Origin: Candidatus Aenigmarchaeota archaeon LH_S7
Lineage (GTDB): Archaea > Aenigmatarchaeota > Aenigmatarchaeia > QMZS01
Length of the DNA stretch: 64,000 nt
NCBI GenBank assembly: GCA_023659895.1
Contig: JAGXOL010000001.1
Span: forward strand, 15,757 to 79,756
Direction: 5' to 3'
Within the stretch, counting starts at the first letter, position 1. Every line of letters begins with the position of its first letter. A model generated the notes under the pieces. That model was not told the origin of the DNA and made no database searches. It saw nothing but the letters and a program-made list of their open reading frames with translations. The translations under genes and the position numbers were made by a program. Shown piece after piece: positions 9,590 through 21,100 of this stretch.

Positions 9590-10083
9590 AATAATACCTA
9601 TAAAATATTTATAGGTCTATCTAAATTAATCTTCAAACCCTGTTGTTGCCCCAACTTCTTCTTCAATACCATCATCTTTCATAATGATTATTTTAACAGG
9701 TCCTTCAGAATGTTCAACTTCAAATTTCTGTGGGTCTCCTCTGAGTTTTGTTGCCGTTTCAAAAAAGTCCTTTTACCGGTATTACTGAGATTATCGAAGC
9801 CTATGAAAAAGATAATCCAATTGATTACAAATCTTTTGGTATTCCAAGAAAGAAATTAAGAGAAGTTCTTTCAACTTATTTTGAAAATCCAGATGAACTT
9901 ATCGACAAAGCACTGAAAGAAGGTATTATTTACTAATCGAGAAGTGGATTTTTAAGAGTTATTTAACTCTTTCGGTTCGTTGTTATCATCTTATTTATCT
10001 TTCTTTTTATATTTGGATTGTCTATAGGACTAAACTTTAAATTTACTCTTAATTTAGAAAATAAATCTAAAAGAAACTAATTT

Positions 10084-10901
10084 CTAATAGTTGGATATAT
10101 GGTTTTTCAAAGATATCGGTAAGATAATTCCAAAGCAATAGCCAAAGTAGTGAGACACTATATTTATTATATGTCCACCAGAAATAAAAGTGGGTGGAAA
10201 CAAAATCAGTGCTCCAAATAATACGAAATTGGTAGTTAAGCCAAAAAGGAGTATATTTTTATTATCCTTTCTTTACTGCTCTTACTTATTTTGAAAAATT
10301 TAAAAAGAGGTTTTTTTATAATATCTCGATTTGGTGCCTCACCCAAAAAGAAAAAAATTGATACTGCTAAAATAACTATAAAAGGTAAACTGCCTATATA
10401 ATAGAGAGCAGGAAAAGAAATATTAAACAAAAATATTGACCACAAAAAAGAAGAATTTAGAGAAATTTTCCACGAGTATTTTATATAATTATAAACAGAA
10501 AAAAGAAGATAACCTAGAAATCCAGCATCAATCGCTGAAAAACCTAAAATAGGTGGAAGATTTGGTAAAGTATAAACAATTAGCAAAGAATTGAGAATTG
10601 GTAGTATTGTAACAAATGTTAAGGTAACAACATAGAGCCTTTTTCTATTATTCTCAAACTTGAAAATCAAGAAGATAAATAAGAAGTAATAGATCAAATT
10701 TCCTGCAAAATGAAAAATCTCAGTATGTACAAAATTTGAGAAGTAAATGCTTATTAAAGTTGGATTTGATGGCTGCAAAATAAAACATTCTTGGGGGAAA
10801 AGAAAAAGAAAATTAAGAAAAAGCGGAATGAAAGTGAAGAAAATTAAATAGTCAATTTTTTGTCTTGGTTTTGTAGAACTATAATTCTTAAGCATTATCA
10901 A
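10084..10901 (-). pseudogene. Rhomboid-family intramembrane serine protease, frameshifted near 10256
   Basis: SNFVHTEIFHFAGN and GFSA motifs in the annotated ORF; catalytic-His segment INIVSHYFGYCFG in the -1 frame ending TAG at 10084. Confidence 0.75.
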
Positions 10902-13900
10902 GATATAAAATCAATTGTAACTAATTGCAATTTTGATTTATCAAAAGGTTCAATAATAGGTTTCTTAAATATTCCCTTTTCCATTAAAAAGTTATTCAGT
11001 TCTTCAACCCTTTTCTTCCAATTACCCTCCTTTTTATATTGTTTCCAAATTCTCCTTAGTATCTGCAATCTCTTTTTTGTTAGAGGGATTTTTTGTAATT
11101 TATCTAGTGTAATATCCCATACTCTCTGTATATTATTATCTGAAGGAAATTCTTCTAAATAATCATTAATTTCTTTTTCAATTGAATTAGCCATTTTTTT
11201 TACAAAAGTGGAACTTTTTGATTCGCTATGTTCTTTAAATTTTGTATCACTTTTTTGGCTAGAATATACTTCATTGTAATCTTCTTCTATTTTATTCAAG
11301 ATAGTTCTATTAACCTCATATATCTTCTCAAAGAAATTGGGAATAACCCTCACCTCTTTTTGTTTACAAGCTATGAAATCAATTATCTTTGTTTTACTGG
11401 TTATTATTGAATCTGTATTTATATCATATAAATACCAAAAATGGAAATCTTTACCATATTTGTAATAGAAAAATATGCCCGAAATTTTGTTTTTCTTTAA
11501 TCCACTATAAACACCATAAGGTATCTTTTCCAATTCCTCTAGAGCTTTATTCTTCATGAAATCCTTTAATGGCTGGTAAAATTTCTCACCACCACCAAAA
11601 GCATCTTGTTCTACTTCTGCGAATATTTTGGGATCTTTTCCTTTAATCTTTCTAATAATCCCAAAAACCTTGGGATGAATTTCTTCTCCCAAGATAGTTT
11701 GATCTAACCCTACCGATTTATCAATATCAATAATTTTATTCTGCAGAATTTCAACCAATTTTAGCAACTCTTCTAACTCATCTTCTGGAAAAAAATTGTA
11801 GACAAATATTTTTTTGTAGGGTGAACCAATCCTGTCTATTCTTCCTGCTCTTTGAATCATCCTTGTTGGATTCCAATGCAAATCATAATTAATGAGATAT
11901 TTAGCTGTTTGGAGATTTTGTCCTTGTGACAAAACATCAGTACTCATTAAAATATCAATCTCTTTTTTGAAGAATTTTTCTATAATCTTTTCTCTTTGTT
12001 GAGGATTTTTGTTCGTCAAACCTGAACTCGAAACTGCTTCAATTTTCAGTTTTGAGAATTTTTTATCCTTTATTATTTCATTATAAATATAATTTAAAGT
12101 ATCTGCATAATAAGTAAAAAGAACTATCTGCCCATCTTTTGACAAATTTAATAGTTTATCTTTAAGAACATTTAATTTAGAGTCATCTTCTGGTTTGATG
12201 GTATTTACTTTTTCAAGAATTTTGCTTAATAATTTAATGTCTTTGTCTATATCTCTAAATAAATCTTCTATTTTATAAAGGTCTTTTTCAAAAACGTCAA
12301 GTTTTGTTCCTTCCAAAGATTCGAATTTATCTAAATACTCTTCTATATCCTCCTCACTTATTGATCCAAAATTCTTCAATAACTTACTAAAATCTTTTTT
12401 CCCTAGGATTTTACCTGCTTTTAGGCTCTTCTTTAATTTTTCCAAAAAGTCTATGTGTCTCTTAATGCTTATCCGAAAAGATTCTACACTACTCTCTAAT
12501 CTTTTAAATAAAATTGTCCTGAAAATACCCCCAATCTGAATCATCCTGTTTAAAACAAACATTTCTTCTTCTGTCTTTACCCCTCCTTCTTTATATTCAA
12601 GTAGATGATAATAAGCCATTTTTAGATTTGAAATTATATCAGAAATCTCTTTATACATGCCTTTGTAAGCATTATCTAATTGATAGTTTATGTTTTCAAG
12701 AACTCTTTCCGGAAAAATTATCTTTTTCTGCTCTCCGTTAATCTCTATATAAGCATCAGGATAATTTTTAATAATATAGTCTCTTGTTCTTCTTATTGAG
12801 ATTTCATTTAGTAAGTCATTTAGTAAAGAAGGGTTGTCCTTTGCCTGTTTAAAGAACTTGAATAAATCGGGAATATTTTCTTTAATAAATGAAGATCTAT
12901 CCATCAAGATAAGAAGCATAATCTGCCAGTATAAATCCCAGAGGGTATTGTTTATTGGGGTAGCAGTTAAGAAAAGCATATAAGGTTTTTTACCCTTTTT
13001 AGCAATATTGTCATTAACCAAAGCGAAAAAATTCTCCCACCTGTTTGACAATGGATTTCTGAAATTATGGCTTTCATCAACAACTATTAATTCTACATCA
13101 TCAAATCTTCCGCCAAGAGTTTTCTTTGCTTTTTCTAAGAAATTTTCTGAGGCTAAATTTTCCTGAGACAAAATATTCTCTTTAACATCTATCTTTTTCA
13201 TCTCCTTAGCCCACATCCCCATTAACTGAGCAGGGCAGATTATCAGAATGTTTTTTCTTTCGTAGTATCCTATTCTTTCAAGAATTTTTTTAGCAATCCA
13301 AGTTTTACCTAACCCCACAGAATCAGCAACAATACAACCACCATATTTCCTCAATCTCTTCCATATTCTTTCAATAGCAGCATCCTGAAATTGAGCCAAA
13401 TTTACTTTAGTCTCTGGAAGTCCTTTTGGTTTTTCATTTTTTCCCTCTTCTACAACATCATCTTTTTGAAATTCATACAATGTCTTGATATAGATATCGT
13501 AAGGTAAATATTCCTTGCTTCCAAATCTGGAATTTTCCAAAATTTCTATAAGCTCATCTTTAAAGTCTCTTGATTCTGCCCAGAATTTTTCAAACCATTC
13601 TTTTCTTGTGAAGATTGCCTGGGATTTCTGTTTCCAGGTGTTTAATTCTCCATACCTTGTTAGTCCTGCAGCAGTAAAGTTAGATGAACCAATAACTATC
13701 CTATCATCAAAAATATAGGCTTTTCCATGCAGGAACTTTTCAAATAATCTAATTTCAACATTCTTTCTTTTTAGAAATTCAATAAACAACTTTATTGTTT
13801 TATCCTGCTCTTTTGTTAAATCAAAGCCTTCAATCTCTTTTCTTATTTCCTTTAAAAGAACGTCTCCAAGAGTTGTTTCATTCTGAATTTCCGGGGTTTT

Positions 13901-14095
13901 TCCAAGTAAAAGCCTGAATCTCTCAACACCATTTAAATTATCTTTGATCATGGCAAAAGCCTGAATATTGAAGAAAGCGGTTGCTATGTCAAAATTTGTT
14001 TTTGGATTCTCTCTTAAAACATTATTCAGGAAACTAATCAACTTGTTTCCTTCGCTGTTGTCTATTATTTCTTTTGGTATTGGCATTTTAATCAC
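10898..14095 (-). CDS. PLD-nuclease / SNF2-like helicase fusion (putative restriction component)
   Basis: HGKAYIFD...GSSNFT (HKD), ADSVGLGKT, VDESHNFRN, TATPINN, QRAGRIDRIG. Confidence 0.9.
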   Translation of the reverse strand: MIKMPIPKEIIDNSEGNKLISFLNNVLRENPKTNFDIATAFFNIQAFAMIKDNLNGVERFRLLLGKTPEIQNETTLGDVLLKEIRKEIEGFDLTKEQDKTIKLFIEFLKRKNVEIRLFEKFLHGKAYIFDDRIVIGSSNFTAAGLTRYGELNTWKQKSQAIFTRKEWFEKFWAESRDFKDELIEILENSRFGSKEYLPYDIYIKTLYEFQKDDVVEEGKNEKPKGLPETKVNLAQFQDAAIERIWKRLRKYGGCIVADSVGLGKTWIAKKILERIGYYERKNILIICPAQLMGMWAKEMKKIDVKENILSQENLASENFLEKAKKTLGGRFDDVELIVVDESHNFRNPLSNRWENFFALVNDNIAKKGKKPYMLFLTATPINNTLWDLYWQIMLLILMDRSSFIKENIPDLFKFFKQAKDNPSLLNDLLNEISIRRTRDYIIKNYPDAYIEINGEQKKIIFPERVLENINYQLDNAYKGMYKEISDIISNLKMAYYHLLEYKEGGVKTEEEMFVLNRMIQIGGIFRTILFKRLESSVESFRISIKRHIDFLEKLKKSLKAGKILGKKDFSKLLKNFGSISEEDIEEYLDKFESLEGTKLDVFEKDLYKIEDLFRDIDKDIKLLSKILEKVNTIKPEDDSKLNVLKDKLLNLSKDGQIVLFTYYADTLNYIYNEIIKDKKFSKLKIEAVSSSGLTNKNPQQREKIIEKFFKKEIDILMSTDVLSQGQNLQTAKYLINYDLHWNPTRMIQRAGRIDRIGSPYKKIFVYNFFPEDELEELLKLVEILQNKIIDIDKSVGLDQTILGEEIHPKVFGIIRKIKGKDPKIFAEVEQDAFGGGEKFYQPLKDFMKNKALEELEKIPYGVYSGLKKNKISGIFFYYKYGKDFHFWYLYDINTDSIITSKTKIIDFIACKQKEVRVIPNFFEKIYEVNRTILNKIEEDYNEVYSSQKSDTKFKEHSESKSSTFVKKMANSIEKEINDYLEEFPSDNNIQRVWDITLDKLQKIPLTKKRLQILRRIWKQYKKEGNWKKRVEELNNFLMEKGIFKKPIIEPFDKSKLQLVTIDFIS

Positions 14096-15923
14096 TTTTT
14101 ATGCTATTAAAGTAGCTTTTTAAATTTTCTTCTAAAATCTTATAAATGAAATTGAACATGGGCAAATCGTCATAAATGAAATCTAATATTCCAGTACTCA
14201 TAGAGATTAACTTGTACTTTTTTCCATTAGTTTTGACCTCTTTTTTAAAGTTTTCATGTGAAATTTCAGGCACTTCTTCGTTTTCCCCTTCTTCATAAAT
14301 TTCAACTTCTAAACCATCTTTACTTCCGTCACTTAGATAAAAAAACTGAATTTTTGGTGAGTCTTGGAATGACTTATACTCTTCTTTAACATCAAACTTT
14401 ATCATAACTTTTGATATTCCTTTAAATAAAAGTAATTTTTCTTTAATCTCTGGGAAATTATGGGACATCAGCTCAGAGTAAACTTTTGGTAAGCTATCAA
14501 AAAATATCCTTAGGTTATTTTTGACTGCATCTGGAGAAAATGTATTCCATATCCATCCGCTACCATCTTTTAATCTCGAATAGTCTTTCGGCGAATAAAC
14601 TCTATTTATATCTTTAATTTCTCTTGATTTCAAAAATAGAAACATTTCTTCAAATATCTTTAGTGGGAATCTACCATTTCCGATAGGTATTCTTGGGATG
14701 GAATCATTCTGAGTTATTCTTTCTTTTACCTTTTCTTCTACTTGTTTTCTCTCATTATCCATAATCTGGGAGATTAACATGTCTGGATCAAAGTATGGTT
14801 TCCTATACAGGCAATCTGAGTAATTCTTAATTCCATTTCTCTGATTCTTGATTAAGAATTTAATAGCTTCATCCATCCATATAGGTAAATATTTATAAAA
14901 TGCATATTCTATTTCATTAATATTAAATGCATCCTTTTTATCTAATCCCATCTGTTGATGAAATCTATCTATAAAACCAAAAATAAATTCTTTAGCTAAA
15001 AATTCGCTTACATCATGTTTCAATAATCTGTTTTTTAATAATCTAAGCATTTGAGCTTCAACAATTTCTAGTGCATATCCTTTGGGATTAGATTTTATAG
15101 GATTCTCCGCAAAATGTGCTGTAAAGCCAAGTCCCTCTTTCTCTAACTCTCTGTGCAATCCCTCGTTGACCTCCTTAATCTGAACATCATTTTTATTGGT
15201 AGATATGGGATAAAGGGCATAGTGTATCATATTATCTTCAAAACGATAATACGCTAAGCCGACTTTCCATGAGTTTGGATAAAACCTCTTTTTAATAATC
15301 AGGAATTCATTTTCTAGTAGACTATTAAACGAATCTAAGAAGAAATGAATTTTGATAAAGTCATCTTTAACTATTCTCAAAGCAGGATTTGATTTCTCAG
15401 ATAAATTTTTATAAGAGTCCTTTAGTTTATCGTATTCTTTTATCTTCTTTTTATAAGATTCAGTAATCTTTTTCCAGTCTTCAATATAACTACTATTATT
15501 ATCAATGATGTTCTCTTTTTTGAACGTTATAGTTATTGTTTTTTGATCCTCGGTGTGTAACTCACTTATTAATGAATTATTTACATGAATCCAGAAAGAT
15601 TTATTGTGATTGACATCAACACCAATCAGTAAAACCGGATTACAAGTACTGGCCTCACTATAAGAAATAAGCGAGATAGGACATTGTAATTTGTGCTTAT
15701 CCCCATTTTCTGGTAATGTCCTTATTTGAACTTCTAATTTACCAATGGGCGACCTGTTTCCGTTAACTAATTCTACATACCCGTCAATGTTCGGATACTT
15801 ATCACGTTCTTTTATGTCAGCCTTTACTTTCTCATGATTAAGGAGTTTCTTGAAAGTGTCAACTGCTTGAGTTTCTGCTTTATCAGTATTGCTATATGGT
15901 GCAGCTCTAATTTCTTCATTCAT
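14088..15923 (-). CDS. DUF4365-like PD-(D/E)xK domain protein
   Basis: N-terminal PNIDGYVEL...EVQIR and PVLLIGVD; large unknown C-terminal region. Confidence 0.65.
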   Translation of the reverse strand: MNEEIRAAPYSNTDKAETQAVDTFKKLLNHEKVKADIKERDKYPNIDGYVELVNGNRSPIGKLEVQIRTLPENGDKHKLQCPISLISYSEASTCNPVLLIGVDVNHNKSFWIHVNNSLISELHTEDQKTITITFKKENIIDNNSSYIEDWKKITESYKKKIKEYDKLKDSYKNLSEKSNPALRIVKDDFIKIHFFLDSFNSLLENEFLIIKKRFYPNSWKVGLAYYRFEDNMIHYALYPISTNKNDVQIKEVNEGLHRELEKEGLGFTAHFAENPIKSNPKGYALEIVEAQMLRLLKNRLLKHDVSEFLAKEFIFGFIDRFHQQMGLDKKDAFNINEIEYAFYKYLPIWMDEAIKFLIKNQRNGIKNYSDCLYRKPYFDPDMLISQIMDNERKQVEEKVKERITQNDSIPRIPIGNGRFPLKIFEEMFLFLKSREIKDINRVYSPKDYSRLKDGSGWIWNTFSPDAVKNNLRIFFDSLPKVYSELMSHNFPEIKEKLLLFKGISKVMIKFDVKEEYKSFQDSPKIQFFYLSDGSKDGLEVEIYEEGENEEVPEISHENFKKEVKTNGKKYKLISMSTGILDFIYDDLPMFNFIYKILEENLKSYFNSIKSD

Positions 15924-15932
15924 TTTAATTCC

Positions 15933-17270
15933 TCAGTACCCATGAGCTTTTATTACCTCTTCTGTCTTTTTGAATAAGTCTTGATTGTATTCTTCTGTAA
16001 GAGCTTTAAGTTCATTCATCAATTTATTGACATCTTCTGTTTTGATATAACCGTTTTGAAAAAAATCTTCTAATTTGTCATTATCAATAACAGAAATTTT
16101 GTATTCAAAATAAAGTTTTACCAAATGTATTAGTGATTTTAGAGGAAATAATACTACTTTTAGGCTAAAGTCTTTTTCTAATGTTTTTATCATCTGATTA
16201 TCTTTTTTATTATTCAAGTCAAAATCATAAGCGAAGATTATAAAATGGGGAACTTTAAATCTAGAAGTAACATAATCCTTAGTATAGGCTTTAAGATACT
16301 TCCTTATTTGATTTTCGTGTTTTTGTAAAGGTAATTTTCCGCCTTTGTAACTCTTAATTTCTAATGGGATTAACAAACTTGGAGCACTTTTTATTACAAA
16401 TATAACTCCGTCTGGCTGATTTTTTTGGCCTAAAAGCTTTGCATTAAAAAGGGTAATTCTCAATAAGTCAGCTACATATTCTTGGAACTTTTCACCTTGA
16501 ACTTTAGAATTCTCTTTTCCTTTTTGTAACGCATAAGTTTCAATGTTCTGTATTATATCCTTCCAGAATTTTTCAATATCTACTAATTTTTTAGTATCTC
16601 TATATTTTAATTCTAATTCTAATTCTTTTCTTTTTTCTGATATTGACATTTCAATAAGTTTGAATTCTTTTTCAAAGAATTTTTTATCAAAAATCTTTTC
16701 TAAAGTTAGCAAACCGATATCTCCCCTAGAAGATAATGTGGACAGGGTAACTTCTGGACTAAAACCAATAAAGACATGAAAATCTGGAGTGTAGTTTTTA
16801 GACCAGCCTTTTAGAATATAAAGATCATTAAACCCTATTTTTTCTGTTGAAACCAAAACTGAAATCTTGAAAACTTTCCCTTGTAATAGAAATTTGTTAT
16901 TTTCTTCAGCTATGATGCTGTAGCCTTTTAGAAATCTAAGAAATTTTTCTTTAAGATACTGAATTGTTTTTTCTGTATCTAAACCAAATTCTCTAAATGC
17001 AATGTTAGAAATTCTTTTTCCACATTTTTTACAGAATGTAAATTCCATTCCTTCGGAAACACATGCAACACCACCACATTCACATTGAATCTCATATATT
17101 TTAGTAGCTCTAAGCTCCTCTAAATCATTCTTATCAAAGAACTTTATGATGCTATCTCTTTTTACAGATAATTTTCTAGATAATTCTAAGTCTGTAAAAT
17201 GCTTATCTGTTCCTTTGGATAACATTATTGAGGTAAAGATTACATTATCCTTATTCAAGCTCTTTGACAT
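15933..17270 (-). CDS. Zn-ribbon plus C-terminal restriction endonuclease-like protein
   Basis: CEC...CKKC; GEKFQEYVADLL...QPDG...LEIKS PD-(D/E)xK pattern. Confidence 0.6.
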   Translation of the reverse strand: MSKSLNKDNVIFTSIMLSKGTDKHFTDLELSRKLSVKRDSIIKFFDKNDLEELRATKIYEIQCECGGVACVSEGMEFTFCKKCGKRISNIAFREFGLDTEKTIQYLKEKFLRFLKGYSIIAEENNKFLLQGKVFKISVLVSTEKIGFNDLYILKGWSKNYTPDFHVFIGFSPEVTLSTLSSRGDIGLLTLEKIFDKKFFEKEFKLIEMSISEKRKELELELKYRDTKKLVDIEKFWKDIIQNIETYALQKGKENSKVQGEKFQEYVADLLRITLFNAKLLGQKNQPDGVIFVIKSAPSLLIPLEIKSYKGGKLPLQKHENQIRKYLKAYTKDYVTSRFKVPHFIIFAYDFDLNNKKDNQMIKTLEKDFSLKVVLFPLKSLIHLVKLYFEYKISVIDNDKLEDFFQNGYIKTEDVNKLMNELKALTEEYNQDLFKKTEEVIKAHGY

Positions 17271-18105
17271 GCTTCAACAAAACCTCCTTCAATTCTTTAA
17301 AAATATCCTTTATCTGTGGACGAAATGTTATTTTACCATTATCATAGAAGCTGATTGGTTTTTTGCTCATGTCCACTTTTTGAGAAATTAACTCTTTAGC
17401 AGATTCTTTAATCTTAATTCCCCTATCTTCAAAAAGCTTCAATGTCTTTTCTACATCAGAGCCTTTTATATGAATTTCATCTGCTCCAGAAAGATTTAAT
17501 CCAGTTGCCTTTACTGATTTGAATCTAATGTTTTTATCTAATTTTCTATATTCCTCTTCATTTATTTTAATCAAGTTTATAGAATCTTCTTTGAGATTAA
17601 AGTGATTTTGAAGTAAATCTTTAACAATTTCAAATTTGTTATAACTACTCGTTCTACATTCTATAATGGATATATCTGAATGATAGATGAAATATAAAGT
17701 GAATGGTCTTCTAAATCTAACATTTATTGGTTCTAATGTATTAGGTTCCTCTACGTTGCTATATTCGTAAGTATGTGAATGAGCATTCACATTAATTATA
17801 CTTTGATTATTCTGGGAAATTATTTTCTGAAATTCAAATATTAAGTCATTATCTTTATCTACAATTTTTTTGCTTTCAATTCCTTTAAACTCTAATTTCT
17901 TGTTTGAATAGGAAAAAAATACAGATCTCTTTTTAAGAAGACTATAATAATTTACGAGATATTCCAGAAGCTGTTTATCTTTTCTATACAATTCATTTAC
18001 AAAATCTTCTTTTTTTCTTGATTTTATGTCTGGAAGTTCCTTTCTTAATCTGCTTATCTTAACAATCTTCAATGCTCTTTCAATTAATTGATTTTTATCT
18101 TTCAT
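17251..18105 (-). CDS. Hypothetical protein coupled to the methyltransferase
   Basis: ATG at 18105 overlaps the MTase TGA (ATGA); ~284 aa. Confidence 0.7.
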   Translation of the reverse strand: MKDKNQLIERALKIVKISRLRKELPDIKSRKKEDFVNELYRKDKQLLEYLVNYYSLLKKRSVFFSYSNKKLEFKGIESKKIVDKDNDLIFEFQKIISQNNQSIINVNAHSHTYEYSNVEEPNTLEPINVRFRRPFTLYFIYHSDISIIECRTSSYNKFEIVKDLLQNHFNLKEDSINLIKINEEEYRKLDKNIRFKSVKATGLNLSGADEIHIKGSDVEKTLKLFEDRGIKIKESAKELISQKVDMSKKPISFYDNGKITFRPQIKDIFKELKEVLLKHVKELE

Positions 18106-21100
18106 CGTCTCAAACTCCCCGCCTTCTCCAATCTCTGCTTCACCAACTCGCAAACACTCCAGTAAACCTCTTTCCTCTCCTCCTCCGTCAAGCCGAGTTC
18201 ATCAAAAATAATTTTGTCAAGCTCTGCCCTATCAGGAAGAGGTTTTGGCTCTTGTTCTCGGATTGGTTTTGATGGGTCAAGGCCGAATTCTTCGAAGATT
18301 GAGTGAACTTTTCTCTTAGAAATTTTACCGAAAATTTTTTTTAAGAAAGAAGAATTTATTTTGTTAGGATTTGGTATAAAAAATTTTCTTACTTCATATA
18401 TCATTGGTTTATTTAATCCTTCCCCGAGAGAAAACCTTCCCAAAGTTTCATAAAATAGAAATGAAATTGCCGAATTAAGCATACAGCAAATATTTTCTTT
18501 ATTGTTTTCTTTGAAATATAATCCGTACAAATTATAGTCAAGAAAACAAGTAATGTTGTTAAATGGTACAATAAATCTTTCACCAATTTGACTTGAAAAG
18601 ATAAAATCAGGGGCTTTTACTTCACCTGTAGAATACCAATTGTTTCTTCCTTTAACACTGGGAATCTCAGTATATTTAATCCCGTCTTTCTTTTGTTTCT
18701 CAGCCCACTCTATATAACTTAAAATATTTGTTCCTTTAAGTTGTTTTTTTGATTTATTACAATATAAAACATAGAATCTAAGGTTGCTTTCATTTAATAT
18801 AATAGTTTCATATTCTTTAGGTGTTTTTAAAATTTGTTTAAGATATTCCTTTTCAATACCAAGTTTCTTAATCTTATCTTTATCTAAATAAAAGAATTTA
18901 TTGATTCCGGATTTTATTCCTGGAGAAACTTTAGCAATCTTTCCTAATTCAACTAACTTCCCTTTTCCCTTCTCCAAAATTGTATAGAATATATCTGGAG
19001 CCCTCAGATATTTCCCGCCCCATTTATTGCCTTCATAACTTCCAGCTTTGAATCGGTCTTTTTTATCATAGTTTTCTGGATATTCCCAACCATCTTCAAG
19101 CAAATCTCCTTGTAAAATAGGAAAAACTCTATAATCTTGTGTTGTTTTAACATTCTTCACTAACTCAGTTATGGTTTCTCCTCTTGTTTTGACTTTAGCA
19201 TTTTCAATTTCAATCAAATTCTTTGTATTTAAAACCTCTTCAAATGGTTTTTTGAACATTACAAATTTTGCTGTGTGATTCAACATAGGCCAATCCTTTT
19301 TACCATCAACATTCAAACCTTCTATTCTTTTATCTTTAATTATAGGAGCACCAAACAAAGCAATAATGGTATTAACATCAGCATGAGCAAAACTTCTTTT
19401 TGGATTGTCATAAATTGCAGTTACAGGAGCATACCTTAACAGAAATTCCTGCAGATTCCTACCATAACCTACATCAAGCCATGAATTAGAAGTAATAAAA
19501 CAAAATGTTCCTTTTTCATTCAACAAACCCAAACCATGAAAATAGAAGTAAGTGTAATAATCACTTTTTTTATTTATCTTATTAATAATTGGAAAAATAT
19601 TTTTTACAGACTTAATCAGCTTTTCTTTATATTCTTTTCTATCTTTTAAAGTAATTTCTGCTTTTAATTTATTCGGTGGAGATATCTTTTCCTGTCTCAC
19701 ATAAGGAGGATTCCCTATAACGATATCAAAACCATTTTTGTCCCCGAAGATTTCAGCAAAGTCAATATCCCAGACAAATGGTTTCTTTTCCGGATTTTTC
19801 AGAAGTTCTTTAATTTTCTTTAGTTTTTCAATTTCTTCTTCAAATTGCTGAATTTCTTTTTCTGTTGCATTAATTTTTTCTTTTTCTTTCAGATAAACCT
19901 CAGCCTCAACATTTATCTCTGAATTAAACAATCCTACTTGTTTTCCTTGTTTCTTCATATTATTTTCCAGAGATTCGGTATCTTTTTTTAATCCCTCTAT
20001 TCGTTCATCAATTATTTCCTCAAATAATCTGGTTTCTTCGCTTCTAACTGCTTCAGGAGTCTTGAATTTTACTGTTGGAGAATTTTCAAAATATTTTCTC
20101 TTTTCCTGTTTTAGATTATCTAATTGCTCCCTTAAATGTGGTTTTATATCCTCGTTTGTTCTGAGATTAAAACTAAGCCCCCCAATTTCCTGAATTAATG
20201 AATCTCCAACCCTTAGATTAAGATTTAAATTAGGTAACAGAGGGTGTTTTCTCAATTCCTCTTTTTTAAATTCTCCTTCAACAATCAATTGCAACCACAA
20301 TCTTAATTCTGCTGCATGACTTGCCCAAGGCATTACATCAACACCATAGAGAGAATACTGAAGAATTCTCTTTTTCAACTCAAAATCCGTCAAATCATTT
20401 TTTATATTTGCATACACCATTCTGTAAAGTTCTGCGAGAACATTCAACAATCCAACTAAAAAAGCTCCTGAACCGCAGGCAGGGTCTACAGCAGATAAAT
20501 TATCCAGAACTCTTTCTATCTCATACCAAATCTTTTTATCACCAAATTCTTTCTTAAGTTTTTCCTTCTCCTCAGGAGAATCAAAAACAAGATGATAAAT
20601 TTTATCCTTTGGAATGTCAGGCAAATGTTTTGACAAATATTCAACTATTACTCTTCTGCACATGAAATCAACTTCAACTCTCGGAGTGTAGAAAATACCT
20701 AAATCATTCCTGTCATAAATCTCCTCAGCTACATTAGCCAAAGACTCATAGACATAACCAATCATCTGAGGATCAACAGCAACCTCTTGGTCTAAAGGTA
20801 TATCTTCTTTTATTGTAAAATTATATTTCTCAAAGAAATCAAAAATATTCTGAAACAATTTATCAGTTATTTCTACCTTCAATTTATCTAAATCATTTTC
20901 TTTAAATAAGCCACCATTCAGATATGGGGAATTAGAAATTACTCTATTTACTTCTTCCGGGTAACCAGTTATTTCATTTGAACGGTTATTAAAGGCTTTG
21001 AGGAAAATCTGTTTAAGCCATATTTCATAAAATTCATTGGAGTTATATTTTCCCAAATTTTTATACGACTTCCACAACCACCCAACAAATTTTGGATATT

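Noticed and set aside
9628-9936. Two short abutting ORF fragments in the island
   Set aside because: No convincing starts or motifs; likely deletion debris
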